Shown here piece after piece: positions 1 through 18,030 of a stretch of DNA of 64,000 nucleotides. The DNA is from the human T2T-CHM13v2.0 reference genome, Homo sapiens, in the NCBI RefSeq assembly GCF_009914755.1, contig NC_060926.1; one strand, given 5' to 3'. Positions within the stretch are counted from its first letter, which is position 1. Each line of letters opens with the position of its first letter. The notes under the pieces were generated by a model. That model worked only from the letters and a program-made list of their open reading frames with translations, did no database searches and was not told where the DNA came from. Made by a program: the position numbers and the translations under genes.

Positions 1-239
1 TCATCCCGCAGCTTCATCCCACTGGATGCCCAAGTCCCGAGAGCCAGACATAATTCCCCAGGTTAATCCAAGCCAGACTGGGAAGCATGGGAGAAAACTT
101 TCCTAAGTTGAGTCACATCAGTACTATTTTTATGAGTCGTCTTTTTTTTTTTTTTTAATAGAGAAGCTTGTTCTTCCCTCTTCATGATTGTGTTCTTTAT
201 GTAGAATTTGTCATCTTTTCATTCCTTCATGTTTATTGA

Positions 240-883
240 ATCAGTTAGGATTAGGCTTGGCTGTGAGTAACAAAAACCCAAAATACTGCATTTCATGTAG
301 TAAGACTCATCCTTTTGTCACATTTTAACTTCTCTGAAATTGGAATGTGTCATACAATTGGATGGGTTGTCTTTAGTTGGCAGCAGTTTCTTTTTCTTAG
401 CGACGTACTAAGTAATGCTACCTTACAACCAATGACAGAGTAGATGAAAATGGTAATGGTGGCTTAAACAGTGGAATTTTATTTCCCTCCTGTAAAATGC
501 TGGAAGAAAACAGTCTGGGGCTGGTAAGGGGCTTCATATGATCACCTTCTGAAGTCCTTACTAGCTTGTTCCATCATTCTCAACACATGGTTTCTACCCT
601 CTGGTCCAAGGTGGCCGTTAAGGTTATGGCCTTCCATGCCTATATTCCAGCCATCAGGGTAGAAAGAGTGAAGAAGGGATTCTCCTTCCCATTAAGGATA
701 CTTTCATTAGGGCATACACAGTATTTCCAGTTATAATCTATTGGCCAGAACTTCATTGCAGGTTCCTATCTAGCAGCAACAGAGGCTGGGAAATACCTCT
801 ATTCTGGGTGGCCATCTAAAAGATGGGGAACCTAGTTGTAAGGAAGAAGAGATCATATAGGGCAACCAGTAGTCTGAGCCACA
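240..883 (-). mobile_element. Old MaLR LTR (MLT1J/K-like) interrupted by a MER104-like DNA transposon (~284-455)
   Basis: tcagttaggattaggcttggctg...ggtggcttaaaca...agtctgagccaca resembles MLT1; the insert cacattttaacttctctgaaattggaatgtgtcatacaat resembles MER104. Confidence 0.5.
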
Positions 884-1754
884 CCTATTTTTTATTTCTC
901 AGCTCATAAACATACTTCCTTGAGATAAACTAATGCATAGAGAAATGAATTCCAAGATCATTTTCTCAGGCTGCAATGCCTCAGGCTAGATTTATTGCCT
1001 TCTTGATGCTTTTCCAAAAGGGAAAGGATCTATAGAGGGCAGTACAGGATTTCCTGGGACCATGGAGGAACAAGTGCTAAGACAAGTCCCGGGTGGAAGT
1101 AGGGGCAGCCTGATGAGATGAACACTGAATTGGAGTGGGAGTTGTGTGTTAAATACAGCCCTGTCACTAACCAGCTGTAAGATCTTCGATAAATCCCTTT
1201 TTTAAGCACCAGGTACTTCATAAAATGAGGGATTGGAGTCTATAGAATCAAAAACTAAGGTAGGAGAAAACCTTAAAGAATAGAATTTTAGGGCTGGAAG
1301 ATCAGCTGGTCCAGTGCTTTCCAACTACTCCCAGGAGCCCCGCAGCAGTGCCAGGAGGCCTTGGCACCTACAGTCAGGGTGTGTCCAATAATAACACACT
1401 GGGCTTATATATTTAGGGAGGGGAAAGGTGATTGCAGAAGATTTCATGTAATAAAAACGTTCCATTGCTACCAAAAGTTGAAAACCAAAGATGACTCAAT
1501 ACTCATAGCTGAAGAAATGGAAGCCTAAATAAGAAAACTGACTGGCACATCATTACATATCTATAACCAGGGGCAGGACCTGAACCCAGTTTCCCTTACT
1601 CTTGGCTTTTTTGTTTATACCCTCCTGCATCCCCACCCCACCCCCAACCCCCGTCTGAATAGCTGGCTGGCCACCTTTTGCCTGAACATTTGCAGGGACA
1701 CTGAGTGGGCTCAGGACTTCACCAGGAAGTCTCCTTGCCCACCTCCAATGCACA

Positions 1755-1757
<3 letters not shown>

Positions 1758-1795
<38 letters not shown>
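1758..1795. repeat. (AC)n microsatellite
   Basis: About 19 perfect AC units. Confidence 0.95.
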
Positions 1796-1798
<3 letters not shown>

Positions 1799-2611
1799 TG
1801 GCTGGCAGCACAGATTGCTAGGACCTTGAGCGGAAACCTGGTTTCTCATAACCGGTTGCTCATTGGTTCAAGTTACCTTCTCTCAAGCTGCAGGGATGAA
1901 CCTAGACTCTTCCATGAATATCTGAAGATCACTACCATGCTCCTCCTCCTACCAAACCTCCCGTGATGACATGGTTTCCAGGCCTTTCTCACACACATTA
2001 TTCTTTTCTGGACATTGTCCAGTTTGCCAAAGTTCCTCTTAAAATGTGCTCCCCTGACAGAGCCAGAGGCCATCTCTTCACTGGCATGGGGCTCAGGTTT
2101 ATTTCAGACCCTACTTTTAATGTAGCCTAAAATTGCATTACTGTTTATGGCAACAATATTGCCTCTTTAGCTCAGTGTGTGAACAGCCTTTTACCCCTAA
2201 CTGCCGTCAAACCAGATTTTTTTTCTCTCATCTCTCATCTCCTGGTGTCACTGAGTTTTTTGAGCCTAAAAGCACGGTTTTATATCGATCCTTTTTCAGG
2301 ATTTTTTGTCAGCTTTAGACCATTGTTTCAGCCCGTTCATCCCATCAAATCTTCATTGTACCATCAACACACAGACTTGCCCTCCTTCCTCTGCTCTGTC
2401 ATCCACAGATTGATAAACATCCTTCATAATCCAAATCACTCACACAAAATGTTGACCAGTAAAACATCCAGTGTGCCAGGAAGACCCTGGGTGCGGCTTC
2501 TCAACCCAGTGATGCCCACATTTCTTCATCTTGCCCACCAGTCATAAAAACAGGTGAAGCCTTGCCAAATCCAATCATGTTACACCTGTGGCATCTCATG
2601 GGCCATCCTGA

Positions 2612-3086
<475 letters not shown>

Positions 3087-3710
3087 TAAAAAAAAAAAAA
3101 AAAAATCTGACTAGTTCTCCAAAAGAAGCATAAGGATGATAAAACAAGTAGAAGATAAAATGACATCTACTCAGGATGGGAGATTAAGTGAGGATGATCC
3201 ATATCATCACTGGCATATAGAAAGCCCTCAGTAAACAACTTTTTATCTTCATTCATCCAGATCAGTCTTCTGTCATTGATGATGCAGATAGGAGGCTGAT
3301 AGGAGGAGGATATGGTTGTCTTCTTAAAGTTGCCCTTAAGGAATCTGCTTTGTTTCAATTATCTATCATTTCAGTTATCTTTTCAGCCTGGACCATCTGT
3401 GAGAATACTGCATATCACTTTACATAATGTTATTATTTTAAATTTACCTCTTTCAAAAACTGCTCCCTTCCTTCAGTTTTCAAAAACCAGGATTTAGGGA
3501 ACAAAATACTGGTCACTGTTGTTGTCAACTGTGACTTCAAAGCCTTTCGCTTGCTCACTCCCAGCTCTCCTTTTGACCAGAGCTCATGCTCCTCTCCTGC
3601 CTCACCATCCCTCCCCTGAAGGTCAGGGACTAGGGAGGGTCACGAAGACCAAAAGGGTCAAGGAGGGAAAATAAGGAGATCTTTTGTGATCTGCGCTGTG
3701 TCTACCTTAG

Positions 3711-4169
<459 letters not shown>

Positions 4170-6012
4170 CTGCACCACTATTCTGACAACCCTATGGCCG
4201 TCCCCACCTAGATGTCCCCAAGACACTCCTGCAATTAAACATGTGTACCACAAAGGCTTGTGCTCACAGCCTTCCAGCCCTCCACCCGACCCCACCATGC
4301 CCCTGGCCTTAGGATCACCCTTGCTCCATTTGCCACACTTCAGGTTCACTCTCAGCCTGCTCCCCTTCCTTACCCCTCATCCTATTGGCCTGAAATCCTG
4401 TCAGTGACACCTCCTAAGTATCCATTGCCTCTCTCTTCAAGCCTTCATCATCTTTACATGATTATTGTAACAGCCTCACACTGACCTTCCTCTGCCCGTC
4501 CCACCTCCAATTTAACCTTCCACTATGCCAATGGAATGCTCTTTTCCTGTTGAGCATCCTTCATGGTACCCCCTTACTCTCTGGACAGTCAGCTCCTTGG
4601 CAGGTTCCACAGCACTGGGATCGTCCTCTCTGCATGGAGGCTCCCACCTGGCCTACCAGCTCCTTGCTAGTTACCAAATGCCCACTGAGGGCTGGCCCAC
4701 GCTCATCGTCTCTTAGGAAAAGCCTTTCTCACCAGCCAGCCAGCCTCATTTCCTCAGGGAGCCTTTCTGGGCCACCTCCACAGACAGAGCTGGCTCTCCA
4801 GCCTCTGCGATTGCTTGGCAAATCTCTGTGATCATGTAATGCTCATCATAAAACTACTTCACATTTATTAAGAGCTCTGCTGAGTGCCAAGTACTGGGCC
4901 TCACACACATTCTCTCTTAATGCTCACAGTAACCCTAAAAGGTACCTGAACTCATCTCCTGATAAGGAAACCAAGACGGGACATGATGTCACTTCCCCCA
5001 AGGTCATAGAGCCAGGAAGCAGAAAAGTCTTGAGCCCAGATCTGAAGGATCACAGAGCCTGAACACAGCCACAGAGCATCAGCCTCAGTGGGATGAGGGC
5101 TGTTATGTCACCTCTCACCTTGCTTCCTGATGATGGATTTACTTGTCTCTCTCCCTCAGGCCATGAGCTCCTTGAGAGCAGGGACTGGATCTGGCTCATG
5201 TTTGTCCTCTGTCCTCTGGCACAGTGCCTGGTGCATGGGCTGACTTTCATTTTGTTTGCTTCCTAAGCCAGTTTATGCATGAGCCCCTCAGGGGAATGTA
5301 CGGGGACCCTTCCTGAATCTGTGCTTTGCTTCTGCCTGCAAACATTGTGACCCTCACCTCAAGCAATGTCCAAATTTTCCCCCAAAATATCATATTCTAT
5401 CACTCACTGACTCAGTTCTCCAAGCTCTGAAGCAACCCCCCAAACCCTTCGGTTTTCATTCTGCCAAATGCTATCTGTTTCTGTTGGCTTTTGCCTCAAT
5501 CCCTGCCTTGTGTAACCAGCAGGTAAGAACTGGATATGGGGTGATCCTACTCCTGGGGTACAGCTCTACAGCCCACAGCACCAGGAAGCCCCTAGTTGAA
5601 AAGTATGTACACAGCTCTGTAGGAGAGACCCCTGAACCTAGGACCCATCCTGACCATTCCTCCTAGGGTGCCCTGAGTGGATGGTTGGAGGAAATCAGTA
5701 AAGATGCCTCTCAGTTGCCGAGTGTGATACCACAGGAGCACCTGAAGGCATGCTGCCTAAGGAAACCTGCCCCACCCACTGTCAGCCTCACCGCACCCCA
5801 CCCCCAACCTTTTATTTTTCTCTGTTATCCAAAGCAAGACTTCCAAGTTTGGGCTGGAGGTGGTGCAGGGAGGGTAGGTGGAGTTGCTTCTGACTTTGTA
5901 GCTCTGGGACCAGGCTTCCCAACATGGCCCAAGGACCCCCAAACCCAGCAGGATTACTGCCAAAGCAAGCCACACTGGGGGCTCTCCTTCTGTTATAAGT
6001 TCAAGTCACATA

Positions 6013-6429
<417 letters not shown>

Positions 6430-7888
6430 AACAATTTTTTAAAATAAATAAATTTAAGCCACAGCTTAAAAGAGACCCTCAGCTAAATGGAGACATGTTA
6501 CCAAAATCAGTATTTTTACTCAGTGGGAGGAGAGAAGTCTTGCCTAAGGACTGTCCAACTCCTCATAGAACACTTTAGTCCTAGGAAGCATCAGGGGAGT
6601 GGGGTTGCAATTTATTTCACTTTATTTCTGCTGAGTTGCCTTGGGAGTCTGAACTTTGATCTGGGTGGGAATCAGAGAATGGCACGGGTCAGTTCAAGCT
6701 CTTGTCAGATAAAATGTTCTCCCTTGGCTCAAAGAAGAGGCCTGAACTCACTTCCCGTTAACCTAATATCTGTCTCGGCACCCCTGTTCCACGGTGATCC
6801 CTTCTCCCCCACCCTATTTAATCACCTTTCCTGGCCACTGCTGTCCTGGCCATGCAGCAACAGCTACAACCCAGAAGACAGGCAGGTATTGCTTCCCTTC
6901 AGCTACTATCTTGTAACTCCCTCTTAATTTACAATCTGTTTGCTGTTTCAGATGTTTGGAAAGAAAACGCCTTAGTCAGCAGCCCTAGAAAGCCTCATTT
7001 TCAGTAAAATCTGGACACTTCTTTTCCACCCTAGGGTTGTGGTTTTTGTTTGTTTTTTTTTTTTTTTTTGGCTGGAACCTAACATCTGTGAGGCAGACAG
7101 GACCACATGGGCTCTGTGTCACCAGACACCTGTTGAAAGGATGTAGTCAGGGGTAGAAAACCTGGGCCGAGCCCACCGGTGACAGCCGGTATTTATCTAA
7201 TATCAGCCTCCACTGACAGGGAAATGGACGGCAACCCAGCACTAACAGAAGAGCAAAGAGAAGAAAAGGTGATGGGTCCGAGCTGCAAATGCTCCTGGGG
7301 ACCTGCTGGGAATCCCTTTCCCCACTGACTGACAAGAAACCCAAAGGTGCTTGAAGACATGATGGTTTTCCCTGCTGAAGAGGAGTGGCTGCCACCACAG
7401 TATACACCTCCGCAGGGCTGACCTCTGGGGAGAGGGTCCTTCCAGGCACATCCGTAAAGCGACACACCTGTCAATCTGCCTGAGTTTTCATGGTCTTGTG
7501 GTGTGCTTCTGAAGGATCATGAAAGAAAGGGCATGCGCGATTTTAGATAATTGTTTCAACACGGGGCTTGGTAGAAAACAAAACTCATAACTGGAACTGT
7601 GTTTTATGCATGAGGCAGCTCTGGGGCCCTGCCAGCTCATGGCTTGCCTAGGCCATACGTCCTCAAACGCACCAGCCTCAGGACATGAGGAATCCTGAGC
7701 CCTCGAGGTCACAGAAGAGGTGGCCTGTGCATCACTCCTGGAAAAGAGGCAGAAAAGTGGCAACCAGAGTTCAAATGAGGGCACCGCCACTTCTGTTGTG
7801 AGACCATAGACCAGTATGTAAAATGTGGCTAGGAATTAAAGTAAAAAATACCAAAACAGCCTGCTTAGGGGAGTTAGAGATAACTCAT

Positions 7889-8248
7889 TGTCTTCGTCTG
7901 TTTGGACTGCTATAACAAAATACATTAGACTGGATGATTTATAAACAACAGAAATGTGTTGCTTACGGTTCTGGAAGCTGCAAAGTCCGAGATCAAGGCG
8001 CCAGCAGACTCCGCGTCTGGTAAAGGTGCACTCTCCGCTTCGCAGATGACTTCCTACAGCGTCCTCACCTGGAGGGAGAGATAAGTAAGCGCCCAGGCCC
8101 CTTTTATAGGAGCACTAATCCCACTCACAAGGGCTCTGCCCTCGTGGCCTAACACCTCCCAGGTGCCCCAACTCTTAACACCACCACATTGGGGATTTGG
8201 TTTCAACATATAAATTTTGAGGGAGACACAAACATTCAGACCAGAGCA
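7889..8248 (-). mobile_element. MaLR solo LTR (MLT1A-like)
   Basis: tgtcttcgtctgtttggactgctataacaaaatac...acacaaacattcagaccagagca, with TG...CA termini. Confidence 0.8.
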
Positions 8249-9319
8249 CTAAACCCTTAGCACATGAATCTCCATAGGGTATGACTGCAACATCGACAAC
8301 CACTTAGCATAATGCTTGGAAATAGTCAGTGCTCAATAAATGTTAGTTATTGTTTAGGGCACCAAGATCTTAGTGAGTATCTACATTGTATACTGCCTGG
8401 GTTGGGAGCTTTTTAGGGCATTAGGGTATTTAATATGCAGCACCTGATTCAATGAACTAATTAGGGACCGTCAGGTCAGCTGTTCACTATCAAATGATTA
8501 TGAGCAACCTACTCTTGACTTAATGATGAGGCTACAGAAGTAAGCCCTGTCAGGAGGCTGGGAAGGGGCTCAGTTTGGGGAGACGGCCATGTGGCCCAGA
8601 ATCACCCAAAGAGACCTCAGAGGGATCTCATAGGCATGTCCATAAAAGGTGACCCTTGGCAACCTGTCCACATTTTTAATTGTCTTATGATGGGCCCATG
8701 TTTTTAATTGTCTTGCGGTGGCCTGCAAGATGGGTGGGATGTGAACACGTGCAAAGGGAGTGATCAGCCAGGGCCCATCCTGGGAAGTAAATCCCAACAA
8801 AGACTATCCATCCATCCATTCATTCAACTTCTAATAAGCACGTACTATGTGCCAGGTGCTTGTGTGTTCCATCCCAAACTCACAGAGAGTGTTCACCCTT
8901 GGGTTTGTCAAGCATCTGGTACCTGGCCAAGCCCAGGAAGGTGAGTGGTGTCCTTTAGGGTATCTCATCTTCCTCCCTCGAGCCATCCCTAACTTCAAAT
9001 ATCTTAGATTTTATTTACTTGTTTATTTTACTGAAATTTTTTAGAATAAATTATGGACATTCTCCCATGTCACCCACACACACCAACACCATATCCAAAA
9101 TAAAGGGATGATTTTCCATATCTAACCTCACCACTGTTATCACACCTAAGACAGTTAAACATAATTTCTGACTCCCATTTGAAATGAAGTCTATATTTGA
9201 ATTCCTCCAAATGTCCCTAAAATGTCTTTTCTGGTTTGCCTGTTCAAACCAGGGGTTGCTCAAGGAAAATACATCTCATTTGGTTGTATGTTTCTTTTCA
9301 TCTAGAACAGTTCTCCCAT

Positions 9320-9692
9320 CTTTTTCTTTTTCTTTATAATTTCAACTTTTATTTTAGATTCAGGGGGTACATGTACAGACTTGTTACCTGGGCATATTGT
9401 ATAATGCTGAGGTTTGGGGTATAAATGATCCTGCCACCCAGCTGGTGAACACAGTATGCAACAGTTAGTTTTTCAACCCTTCCCCTTCTCCCTCCCTCTC
9501 CTCTCTAGTAGTCTCTGGTATCTATTGTTGCCATCTTTATGTATGTCCATGAGAACCCAATGTTTAGCTCCCACTTATGTGAGAACATGTAGTATTTGGT
9601 TTTCTGTTCACATTAATTTGCTTAAGATTATGGCTTCCAGCTCCTCCTAGGTTGCTGCAGAGGACATGATTTCATTCTTTTTTATGGCTGCA
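9320..9692 (-). mobile_element. L1 3' end (old L1PA/L1PB-like), nested in older L1M sequence (~9000-9810)
   Basis: ttcaacttttattttagattcagggggtacatg...ttagctcccacttat...gacatgatttcattcttttttatggctgca. Confidence 0.8.
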
Positions 9693-12600
9693 CTTTTATT
9701 TTTCATTACATGGCTTTTTTGAAGAGATCAGGCTAGTCGTCTTGTAGAATGTCCCACATTCTGGATTTATCTGATTGTCTCCTCCTAGTGTCATTTAGCT
9801 TGTCCCTCTATCCCCTATGCTTCCTCTCATGGTATCCATAAGCATGGGGGTGCTCAACAACCTCGTCATCCAGAAACCCCCAGCAGTGGGAACTGACCCT
9901 GTGGGTCATCACTCCTACTGGGCTATCCCAGCCCCATCAGGATTGGTCACCTGGTGCCTGGTCCTCCTTCCTCACAGGGGCCTTTCTCAGACCTGTGCTG
10001 AACTCCCTCCCTCCCCGCTTCAGCCTCTGCTGGAAGAAGCCTTTCCTGACCATTCACTGAAAGTGTGCCCCCCAACCTTCTCTAGATCCCAGCCTACTGT
10101 ATTTTTCTTCTTATCACACCATATCATCCAATATATATTTACTGTTTATTTTGTGTTCTCTGTCTCTCCTGCCAACACTGTAAACTTAATTAGGACAGCG
10201 ACCATTATTGCCACAATCACTACTGTATCCCCAGTGCCTAGAACAGCTTCTCATACAAAGAAGGCACCTCATAAACCTTGAATGAATGAGCGTATGAATG
10301 AATGGGCCCTATGGCTAATAATCCAATTCTAAGTATACCATCTACCCCAAGTAATATTGCTTGAGGGAATCATCTTCCCAGAAACACATACAAAATTCTG
10401 AAACTACACTTAACATTAAGCAGGGGAAAAACCACATCATCTATGAACAGCAACAAAGTCTCCCTGTGCAAGTTGTCTGGTCTTCCAGCCCTCAGGCCCA
10501 CCCCGCCCTCTCCACCAGACTTTGGGCAACTCCTGGATCACTCAACCCAGGGTGAATCCAGGGCCGCTTAGCCATAAATACCATTTAGTCTCACTCAGCA
10601 AATATGAGCCCTATGAATTATAGCACTTGGCTTGGAGGATGATTTCTTTTGTCTGATTTTTTTCTAAGTCGAGTCTACTTTTTTCCTCCTTTTTCTTTCT
10701 TAGCCTTCAAACGCTGAACAAATTCTGCATTCAACTCCCAGCCAAGTTTTGTAGCTTGGAGCTGGCACTGAGCCAGAGGGCCCGGGCAGAGGAATCAAGG
10801 AGAGTCCCCGGAGCCAGGGTGGAAGCTGGGGTACAACCCACTGATGAGCAAAGGAGCAGGGCTAGCTTGTGTTTTGTTGGGATCAAACCAACAAATGAGA
10901 CATGGCACAGTGCACCATCTAAAATGGAGCTTCTCACCCTGGCTCCCAGGGAGCCCAGGAACCCCCTGAAACTGTGTGCAACATCTTGTGAATATTTGCT
11001 TCCAAGCACCTTTCTGGGGAGAGGGTCTGTAGCTTTCATCAGTTTCCCAAGGGAGTTTGTGACATCCTCACTCCACCCCCAAAAAGAAGGGTAAGAAAAA
11101 CACAGTGTCTGGCAGCTTTTCGGATACAGGATCAAAATTGTGTGAAACTCTTGCTATGCCCGCACCTCACCCAGGAGCTCAGGCTCATTTAGGAAACAAG
11201 GCCCGATTGAAGGAGGCAGGTTCGGGTTTTGTTTTATTTTCTTTTGTTGAGTTATCATTTCTTGAGAGCTTCCTGTATGCACAGCACAACATTAAGCTCT
11301 CTGACAACAACAATAATAGCTAGCTCTCAACCCAGCACTTAGCGCCAGGTCCTGTTCAAGGTGTTTTCTGTGTATTTGCTCATTGACTCTCCCAAGAGTC
11401 CTAAGAAATAGGTACCATTATTCTCATCTCACTTTACAGATGATAAAACTGAGGCACAGAAAAGGAACTTGCCCCAAAACCCACGGCAAGACAGATCTGA
11501 ACCCAGGGGGTCTGGCTCCAGGCCCATGTGCCTATAGGACCCCTCAAGCTCTGTTATTTCATTGGAACCTACACTTACCTCCAAAGTATGTAGTCTTGTT
11601 TTCTCCGTTCTACAGGTGATAACACTGAGGTTGAACAACTTGCCCAAGGTCACCTCATGCTTTACACACCTGTCACTGTGAGACTGACAACCAGAGAACA
11701 GTCAAAGGAATTCAGAGGGGGTCATTTCAGGAAGGGGAGACAGGGGAAGAGTCAAGCAGGGGCGGTGGGAATCTGGGAGGTCATGGAGCTCAAGTGTGTG
11801 TGCCTGAAAAACCGCTCCCCGAGTGCTGAGGAGCAGCCAAGCCTCCTTCCAGAGCCCTCAGCCCAGGAGAGGTGGCTTACAGTCCCACAGGTGGAGGAGG
11901 AGCCTTAGGCTCAAGGTTAACACCCACTCTCCTTCCCTGTTCTGCATCACAGTCACGGGGGTCACCCAAGGAGTGCCTTGTATGGTAGAGAGAGATTAAC
12001 AGGGCAGCCTCCCAGCAGTCCCCACCCCAACCCTGCTCCCTGGGCCAGCTGTCCCGCTGTCATTGACCCGGTCCCTATTTACAGTTCAGTAGCAGAGGCC
12101 TATGACTCAGGGACAGAGGGAATTCCCACGGTGCCAGGCCTCAGGCCATGTGGAGAGTGGCTCATTAAGAGCCACGGCACAGCGATTACCTCCAGAGAGG
12201 CGTGTGAGCAGGTACCTTGGAAGCTCTGTTTCTCATGTTTCTAAAGATCGCCAAGGTGTTGTGTTCTGAGTAATAATGAATTGCCTTCATTATTCACACG
12301 CACAACCTGCACCACCGCCCACAAAGGCCTTGGACACTCCTGCTGAAGAGGTCAAGTCAGCCCTCTGGTCCCAGCTCTCCCATTGACTGGCTGGTGGGTG
12401 TCAGCCTAAGAGCCGTATGGACTTCGTCAGTGCCGGAGTGTGAGGCCCTTTGTATTTTGGAGCCATTACCAGAAAGCAGAGCCTCCAGTAGACCTTTTTC
12501 AAACTTTCTGTGTGGTTTGCACGTTCGTCCACTGTACCGAGGTAGCATTTCTTCTCATTATGACTCCTGGGGCTGTCCGCCTGCCTCCGGTTCCCAAAAC

Positions 12601-13890
12601 CCTGTGGGTGTGGAAGCTGTGAGGTAAGCAGAACATGGCCCAGCCCCCGGGCCCTGCTGATTGGTTCAGAAGTGGACCTCTGGCGCAGGCCCCTCCAACC
12701 ACAACATCCTGAGCTCTTGGCAACAATTGTTTGGTGACGGCCTCAGCTTTTAACTAGAATTTTGGAGAAAAGCTGCAGTGTGTCTTTAACTTGTTAAGCT
12801 TGGGAGCTGCTATCGGAGAGTCTTGCATTCTGGGCCCAGCCACATCCCTGCTCTTGGTAAAGGTTAGTTATTTACCTTTAGTTAATTACCTTTACCAAAA
12901 TTATTTGAGCAAAAAATAAATTATATACATGCACACGCGTGCACACACACACACACCCATACATATGTCTTTAAACTACTTAGAGGGGCGTTCCTGCCAC
13001 TTGCAACCAGCCTGTCATATATACTTCTCTGAACCATCTGGACATTTTGCAGGAGGTTCCCTTTCTGCAGAGGGACAAAGGGGTTGGCTGGGGAGAACAT
13101 GAAGGCCTTTGGGTTAATGTGTTGGAAGCTGCCGCCAAGCTTGTAAATGAAAAGCATCTTTGAACTCATTGAGTAAACGTATAGGAAAGTGGATTTAAAT
13201 TGAACGTCATCTGCCTACCGTCTTGGAAGCACATGTGTATGGCCCCAAAGCTAAAGGCTGCTAGACTTCTGCACAGGAGCTTGCGGCCTGGTGGTAGTCA
13301 CTTCCCTTGGCGGGGCTTCCAGGGGTCCAGCAGCCTCACCTGACACGTGACACAGGGGCAGAGCCAAGCAAAGCTTCAGCCTCCAGTGCGAGGTGCAGCC
13401 ACAGCTATCTCCTGCCCAGCTGGATTTTCCAGTCCTGCCGGCACGTTCCTTCCTGTTCCTTCCCTCATCCTTTGGCAAACAGATATCTGCAAACTCAGGC
13501 ACCCAGAGAGTGAGGGGATTCCCATGGGGCCCTTCCGTGGTATAGGCTCTTGGGGCTCTGCCAGCCTGCTCTTAGAGGCCGGGACTGGTGGGCTAGGCTG
13601 GCAAAGCTATCCTCCATGCCCCGCTCTCCTCCCTCCTGTCTTCCTTTCCTCCACCCACCTCGCAGCCCCTGGCCTGCCTTTACTCCCAGCTCTCCTCCCT
13701 GAACCAGACCCGCTCCACCCTCTGCCACTTACACCTTTAAGGTGGACAACTGAGCTGGAAGGAGCCTCAGAAACCATCCCCATCCAATCCAGTTCCTTTC
13801 CAGAAGGAGAAACTGAGGACAGGGAGGCGAAGTGAGCTGTTAAAAGTCACCATCTAAGGAGCTGTGCTGGGGATAGAACACGGGTGGCTA

Positions 13891-15260
<1,370 letters not shown>

Positions 15261-16398
15261 CTGGAGCCCAGACCCCGCTGGAGGGTGGACAGAGCGGGAG
15301 GGTGGACTGAGCCTCTCGGGGACAGCGACCCTGTCTTTGTTCCCTGAAATAGCAGGGAGTCCTGCTGATTATTGACTGGTGAGACAGGGAAAATGGTTCC
15401 TGCAGGCAGCCCTGGGGTACTTTAATAAAAATGGTCTTTCCTGGATGATGACCAGGAGTGACTTGGAAACTGACACAAATTTCCTCAAAGGATTGATCCA
15501 TTTAGCATCTGTTTAGATTACATCCCAAGTTGTTGGCAATGGAGCTGGAAAAGCACTCTGACCCTCTATTGTCAATGGTCTCTGAGGGGCTCACAGCACC
15601 TGGCGTGGCTCACATATCCAGCATTCTGCCAGGAACGTGGACCCTTGCTTCATGGACGTCATTTATAGGCTGAGTGAAAATCTATCCCAGAAGGTTTGGG
15701 ATACATTTGAAGATACTTCCAACCTTCACTAAAGATTATTCCCATTTCATAGGAAGGAACTACGTCCCTTCTTATTCCACCTAGAAAAATGTGGAATAAT
15801 TCAAAAGATGTGACCATAACTTTTTGTCTTTTTTCCAGAATATTTTAAAATATGTTTACATAATATTTACAATAAAATTTAACACATTCATAACTCTGTA
15901 ATGTGTCGCATCCCCTGAGACCCAAGTGTCTGCTGTTAACCTAGTGACAGGGAGGGCTAAGCGTGGTGTGTTAAGGAATGTTGGCTCACTGCACAATATC
16001 TCCCACCAGAAGTCCATTTTGCAGCCAACAACCTTTGAATCACCCTGCCCTTGACTCAAGGGGATGATTCTGATGGTGGAGTACGGATCAGAGCGAGGGG
16101 AGATTTGGGATAGGCCGGCCAGGTCTCTCAAGTCCCATCTTCCAGGTGACCCTCTCACCTGCTTCTAAGCCTTTGAATGGGTTGTAAGAGGTTGGGGGCT
16201 GGGGGTTAGGGATGAGAGGAGGGCCCCAGAAGATGGGGCTTTCTGGCTGGTCTGCTTGGGGAGGATGGGAGAGGGTTTGATAGAGCAGGTGTTTGTTCAG
16301 GGCCAATTGTGCTGTCAAGAGCCTGTTTATCCCAACAATTCTACTTCAGGAATTTCTTCTATGGGAATAATCAGAGAGGCCTTAAATGACCAACAATA

Positions 16399-16701
<303 letters not shown>

Positions 16702-17742
16702 CTAACAATGTGGGAGGGGTTTAAAGAAGAGAGCTCAGTCACATGAGAGAACAATCTGCAGCCATCAAAAAATCCCATTTTCAAAACAGTTCTAATGACA
16801 TGGAGAATTGCTCATGATATGAGGTAAAAAGCAGCATAGAAAATGGTATTGTATGATACCTACTTTATGCAAAATACATATTATTTGCCTAAGGAAACAT
16901 ATATTTTTAAAAAGGACTGGAAGAGAGTTTGTCAAAATATTAACAATGATTTTCTTTGGGTGATGGGTTCATAGGTGATATTTGGTTTCTGCTTTATTTT
17001 GTCTGTTTTCCATAATGAGCACATGTTACTTTTGAATTAGAAAAATAATTTAAGAACCTGCAATGTTCTAAGCATTGTGCCAGACTCAAAGATGAATAAG
17101 CTACAAAGACGTATTTTCTGCCTTGGAGGAACTCATCATGGTCAATGGAGATAAGAGGTAGCCAGAAAATCGCAGTGTGGGGCAGGGTGGGACAAGTGTG
17201 TAAGAGAGAGAGGGGCAGGACGCAGTGGGAGCTCAGGGGAAGGACAGAAGACATCCCCTGAAATCTAAGTTCCCTGGGAGCTGGCACCTAGGAGGTCAGC
17301 AGAGCAGGGTGGGGTCAGAGTCCCAGCTCTGCTCCCTGATGCCCTGTAGCTTTGGGCAGGTTTCACTAACTAGTCTGGCTTTCCCGTCTGTAAAATGGGA
17401 TAATGAAAGGTTTTTGTGAGCAATTAATAAGGTAATGAATACAAAACATGGTCCCTGGCACAGAGTAAGTGCTCAATAAAAATTACATTTACAATAGAAT
17501 TTCTAAAGTCAAGTCTGGGCAGGAAAGTGCAAGGGTAGCGAGGAACTGGTTGAGGTTGCTTGGGGTTCACAGGGAAAGGGTGGGAGACAGGATACAGGAT
17601 GCCAGCCAAGGGGCACAGCTTCTGGCATAGGTGCTGCACCGCCCTGGAGGCTGGGGGACCAGTTGGGTGGGGGTTGCCTCCTGTGCCCCCTGAGCAACAG
17701 AATAATGGAGGATGGCTTGGGGATGAAAGGATGGAGAGTCAA

Positions 17743-18030
<288 letters not shown>

